A stretch of 64,000 nucleotides of DNA, from assembly GCA_035656275.1 (NCBI GenBank), contig DASRSW010000070.1, forward strand, positions 3,026 through 67,025, written 5' to 3'. The notes below the pieces were generated by a model. That model was not told the origin of the DNA. It made no database searches and saw only the letters and a list, made by a program, of their open reading frames with translations. The stretch is from Thermoplasmata archaeon. Its GTDB lineage: Archaea; Thermoplasmatota; Thermoplasmata; Lutacidiplasmatales; UBA184. A program made the translations under genes and the position numbers. Shown here piece after piece: positions 50,801 through 59,256 of this stretch (position 1 is its first letter; the number at the start of each line of letters is the position of its first letter).

Positions 50801-53800
50801 CCCGGAGGCGTCGGCGGTCCGGGCGGAGAGCCGGGCCCCGAGCCGGGCCCGCTCGCGTTCGTGCGCGGCGTCGTCACGGGCGGGAGGAGCGGGCCGATGG
50901 GCATGAACCGTACCGGGTAGGCAGGGAGGGGACTTCCTGCGAGGAGCACGGTGAGGTCGACCGTGGTCACCGGGGTCAGGGAGAGGTTCAAGCGGACCTT
51001 TTCGCCCGCTTTCGCGATACTGACCGCGCTCGCGACCGTGCCGAGGCCCTGCGCGGCGAGGCTCGCCGCGACGGAGTAGTTCCCGGGCCCCAGGTTCGAG
51101 AAGACGTAGGTCCCCGAGGAGTTCGTGGTGTACGTGGCGACCGTCCCCAGGGCCCCCGACACGGTGACGACGGCGCCCGGCGCTCCGAAACCCCCGGAAG
51201 GAATGAAGACCTTCCCCGAGAGCTGCCCCGGGGAGAGACCCGTGGTGGCGTTCTGGGTCTTCCCTGCGCCCAGGAAGATCTGGGGCTGCGAGAAGTTCGA
51301 CCCCTGGTAGACCACGCTCATGTTGTAGTTTCCCGCCGGGAGGTCGGCGAGGACGAACGCCCCGCTCGCGTCCGTGACCGCGGTGCGGGCGATGCCCCCC
51401 CCGCTCCAGAGGTGCACGGTGGCGCCGGTCACGACCGGGTCGATGTGCTGGATGAACGAGGAGTTGTTCGCGGCGTTCCAGTAGACGAACCCCTGGACGG
51501 TCGACGGCCCAAGGACGATCGGGCGGACGAGCGTCGGCGCCCGGGCACTGTAGCCGAGCGACGCGGGCACGACCTCCCGGATCGAAAGCAGCGTCGTGCT
51601 GCCGGCCATGTTGAGGCGGTTCAGGACCCCGCTCGTGACGTTCACCGTGTCGTTCCCGGGGGGCAGGAGGACCGAGTAGACCCCCGACGAGCTCGTGAGG
51701 GTGGTCATGTGGGGGATGCCCCAGGCGTCGTAGACCGTCACGCGGGCATTGGCGATGGGGGTTCCGTCCGGGAGCGTGACCGTCCCGGTCATCGGCTGAC
51801 CGGGGAAGTACTCGAGCATCGTCTCGCCGCCCCCGCCGTTCGCCCCGTAGTACGCCGAGGGGTCGTTGCTCAGCGACCCATTCTGGAGCTTCGCGAGCCG
51901 CTCCCCGAGAATCGCGTTGATCGCGTGGTAGCAGCCGGGGTGGTCGGTGGGGTTGGAGTACGGGCAGTAGTAGGCGGTCCGATAGACGACCTGGAAGTGC
52001 TGGAGCATCCAGCCGGGCATCACCGGGTCGCCGGCGATGGGATTGCTCGACCCCTGGACCTGGAGCCCGGGGATGCCGTCGGCCTGCCCGACGTCGGAGC
52101 CGTTGTAGCCGGCAAAGATGTGATAGATCATCGAGTTGTAGAACGGCGCGTAGTAGTGGATCTGATAGTTCGTGGCGATGATCCCGGCGGGGACCTGCCC
52201 GAGCGGGTAGCTGTTCCCATCGGAGCCCACGACCGTGACGGAGAAGTACGTCGTCGGAAGCCCCCCCGAACCGATGACGCGGTCGGTGAGGTCGGCGGGG
52301 GCGTAGAAGATCCCCGTCGAGTACCCGCTCGTGGGGAAGAGCCGGCTGTCGGTCATCGCGTAGCGGATCGACCAGCCCGTGTACGCCTGGATGTCGTCGT
52401 ACACCTGGGCGACGCCGGATTCGCTCAGCGTCGAGGCGAGGAAGTAGGAGACCGTATCGTAGAGCGCGTTCGTCGGGTCGAGATGCGAGGCGTCGACGGG
52501 GAGGTACCGCTCGGGGTGGGCGAGCACCAGGGCGACATCCCCGGAGGTGTTGACGAGGAGGTTGTGGAGCTGGGGGAGGTTGACCCCGTCGCTCGCCAGG
52601 AGCTGATTGAGGCCGGACGGGAGATCGCTGAGCCCGGTCTTCGTCTGCTCGGCGGTCAGGAGCCGCGTCGCGAGGATGCCGATGGCCAGGGATTCGTTCT
52701 GGGAGAGGAGGAAGTTCCCCGCCGGGTCGATCCCGTTCTGGAAGTTGTCCGCGACCGTGGGATGGCCGCCCTGCGCGACGGCCTGGAAGCCGTAGTCCCA
52801 CCAGCTGATGAACGCCGGACGTTGCGCGGGCGGCACGTTCTGGTCCTGTTGGCTGAGCCAATTGTAGCCGTCCTCGTCGTACTGGTCCGGGGTATCGAGC
52901 TGGGTGCCGGCGGCACCCAAGTAGAACTGGCTCGAGTTCTGCGGACTGGTCCTCAGCGGCGGGGGGAGCGTGTTGTACACCTGGAGGTTGTACTGGCTTT
53001 TCGAATTGTAGGGGATCCCCGCGTCCACGGCGTACCAGACGTTGGGGAGGACGACCCCGATGACGAGCAGCATCACGAGGACGTGCCGCGCCTTGAACGC
53101 CCGTCGGAACGCCCCGAGGCGGCTGCGCCGGTCCGATAGCGAGGCGACGGTGCGGCGGAGCTCGGGATAGCCCCCGACGTCGAGGAGCCGCCCGAGCGCG
53201 ATCGCGGGGAGCAGCGCGAACGCCGCGGACCCGAGGAAGAAGAACTTCGCGGCGGAGACGGGGAGGTAGATGCTCATGATGGCGAAGACGAGGAAGACGA
53301 GCTGCGTGCGACGGAACCGGCCCCGGATCGTCGCGAAGAGGTAGAGGCCGAGCCCGACGAACCCGAGGAAGAACGTCACGACCCCGTAGCCCAGGATGAG
53401 CTGGTCGATGGACGGGGCCTGCGCTTCGGCCACGGTCGAATAGACGAGCGTCTTGACGAAGTACCCCTGCCCCGTCACGAGGTCGGTGAAGAACGTCCGG
53501 TTGACCACGTAGAGCGCCCCGATCGCGGCCCCCGCGACGCCCACGAGGACCGGGAGCGAGATGACCCACGGCGAGTCCCGGAGCATGAGGAACGGGAGCA
53601 GGATCGCGAGGGCGCCGAAGTAGAGCAACAGAGGAAGGTCGAACCAGCCGTTGAACAGTCCCTGCGGGACGTAGTAGGGGGTGGCGAGCGGGAACCCGAC
53701 GAGCCCGATGATCCACGTCGCCACGTACATCCCGAACGAGTCGACCCTGCGGATCCGCTCGATGATGAGCGCGACCACCAGGAAGATGACGACGATCGCC

Positions 53801-54534
53801 ACGAAGTAGGTGTACCCCTGCCAGGCGAGCGCGAGCGTCCCGAAACAGACCCCCGTGAAGACCGCCCACTTCACGGCGTTCCGCTCGACGCGCAGGAACC
53901 CTCGCACCCCGTCGAGGATCGCGCGGGGGCTCCGGTAGCTCGTCACCCAACGGTGCGAGCCGACGGCCTTGAGCGTCCGGAGGTAACCGTAGATCGTGAG
54001 CAGGATGAAGAAGGTGTAGAACGCGAGGTAGTTCGCGTAGCCGAACGTCGACGAGTCGATGTTGGCGACGAGCAGCGGATAGATGAACGCCGCGATGATG
54101 CCGACCCGTCGGGAGTGGGCCTCCCGGCCGATGAGGTAGATCGGAAAGACGCCGAGCCCCGCCCAGATCGGGCCTCCCATGCTGAGGAACCAGGCCCCCG
54201 CGGTGACGGCGTTCCCGCCGAACAGCGGGGCGAAGAGGATCCCGAGGATGGCGTTCATCCAGTCGAACAGCGGCTCGCGGGGGTTCACCGCCGTGACGGG
54301 GTAGTTGAGCAGCGAGTCGCGGACCAGGTTCGCGTGATTGACGATGATCGATTCCATCACCCGCGAGTGGTAGAACGAGTCCGACCCGCCGCCGTAGACG
54401 TTGAGGGGGCCCCAGAGTTCGATGATCTGGGCCATGAAAACGGTCCGGATGAGGACCGCGATCCCAAATGCGGAGAGGAGCAGAGCGACCGTCAACCCGT
54501 GACGGCGCCACCAGCTCGGGCCACCCGTTTCCAT
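47845..54534 (-). CDS. aglB: Archaeal oligosaccharyltransferase AglB (STT3 family) fused to a C-terminal extracellular repeat region of about 1300 aa
   Basis: Start placed at ATG 54534 (METGGPSWW). Polytopic N-terminus with GGSDSFYHSRV and NPREPLFDW loops. WWDYGFQ motif near residue 578. From about residue 910 there are carboxypeptidase-regulatory-like/Ig-like modules (GTVTLPDGTPIANARVTVYDAWG..., GKVFIPSGGFGAPGAVVTVSG...). Final TM plus RTRRWVRR. Confidence 0.85.
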   Translation of the reverse strand: METGGPSWWRRHGLTVALLLSAFGIAVLIRTVFMAQIIELWGPLNVYGGGSDSFYHSRVMESIIVNHANLVRDSLLNYPVTAVNPREPLFDWMNAILGILFAPLFGGNAVTAGAWFLSMGGPIWAGLGVFPIYLIGREAHSRRVGIIAAFIYPLLVANIDSSTFGYANYLAFYTFFILLTIYGYLRTLKAVGSHRWVTSYRSPRAILDGVRGFLRVERNAVKWAVFTGVCFGTLALAWQGYTYFVAIVVIFLVVALIIERIRRVDSFGMYVATWIIGLVGFPLATPYYVPQGLFNGWFDLPLLLYFGALAILLPFLMLRDSPWVISLPVLVGVAGAAIGALYVVNRTFFTDLVTGQGYFVKTLVYSTVAEAQAPSIDQLILGYGVVTFFLGFVGLGLYLFATIRGRFRRTQLVFLVFAIMSIYLPVSAAKFFFLGSAAFALLPAIALGRLLDVGGYPELRRTVASLSDRRSRLGAFRRAFKARHVLVMLLVIGVVLPNVWYAVDAGIPYNSKSQYNLQVYNTLPPPLRTSPQNSSQFYLGAAGTQLDTPDQYDEDGYNWLSQQDQNVPPAQRPAFISWWDYGFQAVAQGGHPTVADNFQNGIDPAGNFLLSQNESLAIGILATRLLTAEQTKTGLSDLPSGLNQLLASDGVNLPQLHNLLVNTSGDVALVLAHPERYLPVDASHLDPTNALYDTVSYFLASTLSESGVAQVYDDIQAYTGWSIRYAMTDSRLFPTSGYSTGIFYAPADLTDRVIGSGGLPTTYFSVTVVGSDGNSYPLGQVPAGIIATNYQIHYYAPFYNSMIYHIFAGYNGSDVGQADGIPGLQVQGSSNPIAGDPVMPGWMLQHFQVVYRTAYYCPYSNPTDHPGCYHAINAILGERLAKLQNGSLSNDPSAYYGANGGGGETMLEYFPGQPMTGTVTLPDGTPIANARVTVYDAWGIPHMTTLTSSSGVYSVLLPPGNDTVNVTSGVLNRLNMAGSTTLLSIREVVPASLGYSARAPTLVRPIVLGPSTVQGFVYWNAANNSSFIQHIDPVVTGATVHLWSGGGIARTAVTDASGAFVLADLPAGNYNMSVVYQGSNFSQPQIFLGAGKTQNATTGLSPGQLSGKVFIPSGGFGAPGAVVTVSGALGTVATYTTNSSGTYVFSNLGPGNYSVAASLAAQGLGTVASAVSIAKAGEKVRLNLSLTPVTTVDLTVLLAGSPLPAYPVRFMPIGPLLPPVTTPRTNASGPGSGPGSPPGPPTPPGPGTASSAGSNSTVILTDANGAIHATLPYGNYSIYGLGLAATGLVTGFAAAYLPPGHPLIELAPLEVSTAIRLSGNAGVAGPNNAVTKVYAFTERGESASTQANVSGAYVLYLPAGNYSLLALQVPTGSATVPPLSALANVSLTYSTVVNLPLASGAPIHLRVGTATATNGLGFFPAGGAVVHVGLSTGWQATAVADANGNVSFAVPSVLPASATYCLSAESVGFLPTSSCGFTAQELSVQSVLSLRLAPVAVNLTILGVAPGARLTANFTAVSATAVTVNATGGPTFLFSVNPGVYRISAWGPTSPGLWRPAAPINTTVPLGAQNFDVTLRVYHQLASRGQLVLPTGLANTSVVLHLLSDQGNYTVTGDAFEGSFLAPSGSYTVYASGTANNASGGPSETGRVTYATLTRVAINATGYVSPAVSLTGPAAVLSGNLTLPSGATLNASVVFSLVSAGNLSVPTVASAGLFRSVLPANTSFVPVVNTTQLVPVGSSTRYEVLTTAPGAVCRTGYPSGTCNIPLVATVLETAVTGSVALAGFPGALSGNIAFVGPLPGTGTAVVPFSNGSFSTQLVPGVYELYATAGGAGAPLANLSLLTVSPSSGAPVTVWLHATWTDTLTVAAPVGAPVGAVSVTVTGPGGVTLSLPGVALGVSTMVALPTGLYTLTASAPGSSYGVPTNATARASVYLVAGNAATVLQLAYHPAANVHVTVLAPTSMTVPGGGTAVFNFVARNVGNLPAVVHFVGSPATWNFTFHPANATLGVLAQNSTVSGWVSVVVPAGTLATPPTAQIQPFFANDTLAGPGAGFQVNVDPFLRFLAGSTSGSVVAPTSGTVDFWMVNLGNVPVQVTVTVQNALALAALGWTTTLVRGATPLSGSLSIPVESNQTFGVKLVASGPAIYPSTIDLVATATNGSLSSTVDLALSVPRVTVSLNSTGIAVTGPNLGAPSPYPDWLVPLLAFLPAIALLVGLVSYRWYRTRRWVRR

Positions 54535-54581
54535 CGACCTCCGACTCTCCCGAATCGGCGGCGCGCGAGACCTAGGGGGCC

Positions 54582-54589
54582 TATAAATA
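54582..54589 (-). promoter_or_regulatory. TATA box (minus strand TATTTATA) of aglB
   Basis: This is the only A/T octamer in the 58-bp spacer. It lies 48-55 nt upstream of the aglB ATG and 3 nt downstream of the DUF35 stop. Confidence 0.55.
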
Positions 54590-54592
54590 GCC

Positions 54593-55138
54593 TTAGCTGG
54601 GAGCGACCCCGGACTCCGGAGCGACTCGGAACCGGTAGAAGACGCGGTCGCCCGGAACGTCAAAGGGCTCGACCGTGACCCGCATGCCGATCCGGCACTC
54701 GGTCCATGGTCGCCCCACGATACGACCGAAGAGTCGGAGCGGCGTTCCGTCGAGGTCAACGAGGCCGACCACGAACGGGACATCGGCCTCCATCCCTAGC
54801 GGGGCGCCCGCCAGCACGGCGCTGAACGCATAGAGGCGGCCCGTGGAGGGAAGGTCAACCCACGGAAGGTCGACCGCATGACACTGGGGGCACGCCCATC
54901 GGGGCGGCCAGAGAAGGAGGTCATCCTTCGGACAGCGGGTCGTCGTGAGTCGGCCGCGACGCAGGGAGTCGAAAAAGCTCGAAAGGCGGGTATGTCCCGC
55001 GTCCTCCAGCGGGTAGAAGTCGAGAAGGAAGGGCGGGGCAGCAGCCTCGGCCGGCCGCGGCTTCTTCGCCTCTCGGGGCGGTTCGACCGTGGGGGCGTCG
55101 GTCCGTTTCCGCTTCGGAGGCGCGAGCTCCGAGCTCAT
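54593..55138 (-). CDS. DUF35 OB-fold/zinc-ribbon protein (thiolase-associated)
   Basis: Rubredoxin-like CPKDDLLLWPPRWACPQC followed by an OB fold (GRLYAFSAV...VVGLVDLDG...GMRVTVEP). Start placed at ATG 55138 (ATGA overlap with the thiolase stop). Confidence 0.8.
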   Translation of the reverse strand: MSSELAPPKRKRTDAPTVEPPREAKKPRPAEAAAPPFLLDFYPLEDAGHTRLSSFFDSLRRGRLTTTRCPKDDLLLWPPRWACPQCHAVDLPWVDLPSTGRLYAFSAVLAGAPLGMEADVPFVVGLVDLDGTPLRLFGRIVGRPWTECRIGMRVTVEPFDVPGDRVFYRFRVAPESGVAPS

Positions 55139-56316
55139 GAGGCCCCCTGGTAGATCATGATGGAGTGCACGTTCGCGCTCCCGCTCAAGTTGTGGACGAG
55201 CGCCCACTCGGGGTCGGAGACCCGTCGAGCGGGGGTCGCCCGCCCCGAGAACTGGTCGAAGACTTCCACGGCCTGGGCGATCCCCGTCGCCCCGAGGGGG
55301 TGTCCGCACCCGAGGAGCCCGCCCCGGGGATTCACGACGAGGTCCCCCCCACGGTCCCCGCGTCCCTCGAGAGCGAACCGACCGCCTTCCCCTGTGGGGC
55401 ACAGCCCCAGCATTTCGTATTCGACGATCTCGGAGATGGAAAAGCAGTCGTGAAGCTCGGCGAAATCCAGCTCCTTCGCGGAAATCCCGGCGCTCCCAAA
55501 CGCCTCACGGGCAGCCCGCCGCAGCGCGAGCCAGTCGGTGAGCGAGCCGGCGTTCGCGAGGTTGTGGAAATCAGTGGCCTGGCCGGTGCCCCGGACCCAG
55601 ACGGGAGTGTCGGTGAACTCCTTCGCCCGCGGCGCGGCCGCGAGCACGACCGCGGCCGCTCCGTCCGTCATCGACGAGCAGTCGCCGAGTCGGAGCGGAG
55701 GGGCCACCAGCGGGAGCCTCAGCAGCTTCGCGCGGTCGAACGTCTTCTCGTGGAACTGCGCGGTCGGGTTGGCGTTCGCGAACCGGTGATTCTTCTCCGA
55801 GACGGCCGCCAGCGCCTCTTCCGTGGTGCCGTGCTCGAGCATGTGCCGCTGGGCGACCATGGCAAAGAACGGCGGTGCCGTCGCACCATGAGCCCCGTCC
55901 CACGCGCGGTCCATGACGCACGCCATCGACGTGTTCGCCTCGGCCATCGAGGGGAGGTTCATCTTCTCCACCCCGACCGCGACGGCCACGTCGCTCAAGC
56001 CGGCGGCGATGGCGGCATAGGCGCTGCGGATCGCGGACTGGCCCGAGGCGCAGGCGAGCTCGGTCCGCTGGATGATCTTGCCGGGGTGGAGTCCCATCTG
56101 TTCGGCGGCGAGCGGGGCGACGTGGGACTGGAACGCGAACCGCTCGGGCTCCGCGGCCCCGAGGAACATGGAATCGACGTCGACCGATCGCAGGCCCGGC
56201 ATTGAGCGGAACAGCGCCGCCCCCGCCTCCTGCGCCAGCTCGGCCCAGGTGGCGTCCCGGACGCCGAACTTCACGGTCACCCCGCCGACCAGGGCCACGT
56301 CCTGGCGCTCGGTCAT
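55135..56316 (-). CDS. Thiolase-domain protein (archaeal acetyl-CoA acetyltransferase type)
   Basis: Active-site region ELACASGQSAIRSAYAAIAAG. C-terminal GCGHPLGATG. Confidence 0.85.
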   Translation of the reverse strand: MTERQDVALVGGVTVKFGVRDATWAELAQEAGAALFRSMPGLRSVDVDSMFLGAAEPERFAFQSHVAPLAAEQMGLHPGKIIQRTELACASGQSAIRSAYAAIAAGLSDVAVAVGVEKMNLPSMAEANTSMACVMDRAWDGAHGATAPPFFAMVAQRHMLEHGTTEEALAAVSEKNHRFANANPTAQFHEKTFDRAKLLRLPLVAPPLRLGDCSSMTDGAAAVVLAAAPRAKEFTDTPVWVRGTGQATDFHNLANAGSLTDWLALRRAAREAFGSAGISAKELDFAELHDCFSISEIVEYEMLGLCPTGEGGRFALEGRGDRGGDLVVNPRGGLLGCGHPLGATGIAQAVEVFDQFSGRATPARRVSDPEWALVHNLSGSANVHSIMIYQGAS

Positions 56317-57446
56317 GCCTTCTCCGCGCGGACCGCGGATGCGACCGCATCGCCGGCGCCGCTCGTCGTCACGGTGCCGCCCTGGTCGTAGGTGCGGGCC
56401 GACCCGTCGTGGAGCACCCGTTCCAGGACGCGCTCGAGTCGTTCGGCCTGCCGCAGCAGCCCGCTATCCGCGTGCCGCTCGCCGAGCCAGCGCAACAGCA
56501 TCTCGACGGCGAAGAACGTCGCGAACGGGTTCACCTTGTTCTGCCCCGCGTACTTGGGCGCGCTTCCGTGCACGGGCTCGAACATGGCGTGCTGCTCCCC
56601 GATGTTCCCTCCCGCGGCGAACCCCATGCCGCCCTGGAGCACCGAGGCGAGGTCTGTGATGATGTCGCCCATCATGTTGGTCGAGACGACCACGTTGTAG
56701 TGCTCGGGATTGCGGACGACCCACTGCGTGAACGCATCGACGTAGGCGTAGTCCCGCTCGATGTCGGGGTACTCCCGGCCGACGCGGTCAAACGTCTCAC
56801 GGAAGAAACGGCACCCCTGGAGGACGTTCGACTTGTCGACGCAGGTGACCCGCTTCACCCCGTCCTCGGGGGCACCGCGGGGCCGCCGCTGCGCGAGCTC
56901 GTACGCGTACCGGACGACCCGTTCGGCGCCTTTCCGGGTGATCACCCGCGTATCGATGGCGACCTCGGTCTCGTCGGCGCGGCGGAGCTGGCCATGGGCC
57001 GGCGTGTAGAGCCCCTCCGTGTTCTCGCGGATGATGACCATATCGACGTTCCGAGGGGACCAGACCGCGCGATACTCTCCGCTGATCCGATGCAGGACCC
57101 CGGGATAGAGACGGCAGGGCCGCACATTCGCGTAGAGGTCGAGGCGCTGGCGCAACCCCAGCACGAGGGCCGCGCCGGCGATGTCGCCGTTGGGCAGGGA
57201 GACCCCCGGCCATCCGACCGCCCCCAGCAGGATCGCGTCCGCCCGGTGCGCCGCGGCTTCGGTCTCGGGCTCCCACTCCTTCCCGTGGGCCTGGTAGTAC
57301 TGCGCTCCGCCGGGTCGTTCGTCCAGGTGCCAGCGGGCCCCATCCCCCTCCGCGAGCGCGTCCAGGACCTTGCGGGCCTCCCGGACCACCTCGGGCCCGG
57401 TGCCGTCGCCGGGAAGGAGCACCACCTGGTAGCCGGTGTCCTTCAT
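56313..57446 (-). CDS. 3-isopropylmalate / homoisocitrate dehydrogenase family
   Basis: VVLLPGDGTGPEV, IIRENTEGLY, NMMGDIITDLAS. Beta-decarboxylating dehydrogenase family. Substrate not assignable from the sequence alone. Confidence 0.85.
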   Translation of the reverse strand: MKDTGYQVVLLPGDGTGPEVVREARKVLDALAEGDGARWHLDERPGGAQYYQAHGKEWEPETEAAAHRADAILLGAVGWPGVSLPNGDIAGAALVLGLRQRLDLYANVRPCRLYPGVLHRISGEYRAVWSPRNVDMVIIRENTEGLYTPAHGQLRRADETEVAIDTRVITRKGAERVVRYAYELAQRRPRGAPEDGVKRVTCVDKSNVLQGCRFFRETFDRVGREYPDIERDYAYVDAFTQWVVRNPEHYNVVVSTNMMGDIITDLASVLQGGMGFAAGGNIGEQHAMFEPVHGSAPKYAGQNKVNPFATFFAVEMLLRWLGERHADSGLLRQAERLERVLERVLHDGSARTYDQGGTVTTSGAGDAVASAVRAEKA

Positions 57447-57964
57447 GCGGAGGCGGCGGTCCCTCGGGCGAGGAGCTCGCGGCGGACCTTCTCGACGAGC
57501 CCGCCGGCCTCGAGGAGGTCGAGGAGATGGTGCGGGAGCGGGGGAAAGGTGACGGAGGCGCCGGTGCGTTCATTCACGATCCGTCCGGCCCGCATCTCGA
57601 GCCGCATCGTGTCACCGGTTTCGAACAGCCGCCGGACGCCGCGGGCCTCGATGGCGGGGAGACCGAGGTTGATGGCGTTGCGGAAGAAGATGCGGGCGAA
57701 GGAGTCCGCCACGATCGCGGCGACGCCGATGGCCCGCAGCGCCTGAGGGGCGTGTTCGCGACTCGACCCCGAGCCGAAGTTCTCGTCCGCGACCAGGATG
57801 TCGCCGGGACGGGCGCCCTTCGCGAATTCGGGGAGCGCGATCTCGAGGACGTGTTTCTTGAGCTCGTTCGGGTCGATGATCGTGAGGTACTTTCCGCTGA
57901 TGATCCCGTCGGTGTCGACGTCCCGCCCCAAGGTCCAGACGCGCCCGGTGATGACGTCCTGCAT
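57443..57964 (-). CDS. Aconitase-family dehydratase small subunit (LeuD/HacB type)
   Basis: GRVWTLGRDVDTDGIISGKYL, GSGSSREHAPQALRAIGV. Confidence 0.85.
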   Translation of the reverse strand: MQDVITGRVWTLGRDVDTDGIISGKYLTIIDPNELKKHVLEIALPEFAKGARPGDILVADENFGSGSSREHAPQALRAIGVAAIVADSFARIFFRNAINLGLPAIEARGVRRLFETGDTMRLEMRAGRIVNERTGASVTFPPLPHHLLDLLEAGGLVEKVRRELLARGTAASA

Positions 57965-57972
57965 GCGGCCTC

Positions 57973-59256
57973 CTACTGCATCTCACGCGGATCGGTGATC
58001 TCACCGCGAATCGCGCTCGCGACGACCGCGGCCGGCGACATGAGGTAGATCCGCGCCTCCTTCGGCCCCATGCGGCCGGGGAAGTTCCGATTCGAGGAGG
58101 AGGCGCAGACCTCGTCCGGCGCGAGGATCCCCATGTTGCCGCCGAAGCATGCCGAGCAGCTCGAGTTGGTGAAAACGGCCCCGGCCTCGGTGAAGACGTC
58201 GATGAGGCCCTCCTTGAGGCACTGCTGATAGATGGCGGTCGAGGCGGGAGAGACGATGAACCGGACACCGGCGTGGACCTTCTCTCCCTTCATGAGGGAC
58301 GCTCCCTCGCGGATGTCCTCGATCCGGGCGTTCGTGCAGGAGCCGAGGAACGCCTGGTCGACGTGGACGTGCTCGCGGGCAACGTCGGGAAGCGGGCGGA
58401 CGTTGTCGGGAGAGTAGGGGCAGGCGACCATCGGCGGCATTCCGTCGACGTTGACCTCCACCCGCCGTTCGTAGCGCGCATCCGTGTCCGGCGTCAGGGG
58501 ATGCATAGGGTGCTTCGCGATCTTCGCGAGGTACTCGAACGTCTTGTCATCGGGTCCCACCATCCCGCACTTGGCGCCCATCTCCGTGGTCATGTTGCAG
58601 ATCGTGAACCGCTCGGGCATCGAGAGGCCGCGGATCGTGGAGCCGGAGTATTCGACGGACTTGTAGGTCGCGCCGGTCGTCTTGAGCTCGCCGAGCACCC
58701 GAAGGACGAGGTCCTTGGCCGTCACTCCCGGTCCCAGATGGCCCTCCACCCGCACCTCGATGGTCGGAGGGACCTTCAACCAGAGCTTGCCGAGGGCGAG
58801 GACCGCGGCCATCTCGGTGGGTCCGATCCCCGCCGCGACCGCCCCCACGGCCCCGAGCATATTCGTGTGGGAGTCGGTGCCGACGGCCAGGTCCCCGGGT
58901 ACGACCCAACCGTTCTCGGCCAGGATCTGGTGGCAGATGCCGTGGTTCCCCACGTCGTAGAAGTGAGGGAGATGCTGCTCGGTCGCGAATTTCCGCAGGA
59001 TGCGGTGGAGGACGGCGGCGCCTTCCGTCGACGCCGGGACCCAATGGTCGATCGCGATGACGACGCGTTCGGGGTCCCAGACCCGGGGGGCCCCCATCTC
59101 GTGGAAGGGCCCGACCGTCTGCGCGCCCTGTTCATGCATCATCGCGAGGTCGACGGCGCCCTCCACGATCTGCCCCGGCTCGACGCGGTCGAGACCCGAG
59201 GCGCGCATCAACACCTTTTCCGCGAGAGTGAACCCGTGACCGTTGGACCCGCTCAT
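57973..59256 (-). CDS. Aconitase-family dehydratase large subunit (LeuC/HacA type)
   Basis: GTDSHTNMLGA, CNMTTEMGAK, GSCTNARIEDI, SCSACFGG (Fe-S ligands). Confidence 0.9.
   Translation of the reverse strand: MSGSNGHGFTLAEKVLMRASGLDRVEPGQIVEGAVDLAMMHEQGAQTVGPFHEMGAPRVWDPERVVIAIDHWVPASTEGAAVLHRILRKFATEQHLPHFYDVGNHGICHQILAENGWVVPGDLAVGTDSHTNMLGAVGAVAAGIGPTEMAAVLALGKLWLKVPPTIEVRVEGHLGPGVTAKDLVLRVLGELKTTGATYKSVEYSGSTIRGLSMPERFTICNMTTEMGAKCGMVGPDDKTFEYLAKIAKHPMHPLTPDTDARYERRVEVNVDGMPPMVACPYSPDNVRPLPDVAREHVHVDQAFLGSCTNARIEDIREGASLMKGEKVHAGVRFIVSPASTAIYQQCLKEGLIDVFTEAGAVFTNSSCSACFGGNMGILAPDEVCASSSNRNFPGRMGPKEARIYLMSPAAVVASAIRGEITDPREMQ

Noticed and set aside
49694-54511. 1605-aa ORF on the minus strand (and the 835-aa plus-strand ORF at 50632-53139) overlapping aglB
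   Set aside because: It lies in an alternative frame or is antisense to a gene with clear STT3 motifs. The translation is Arg/Pro/Gly-rich with no motifs, which is typical of GC-driven shadow ORFs.
54535-54783. 83-codon N-terminal extension of the aglB ORF
   Set aside because: It overlaps the DUF35 gene 3' end and contains the TATA box. The polytopic AglB N-terminus starts at METGGPSWW.
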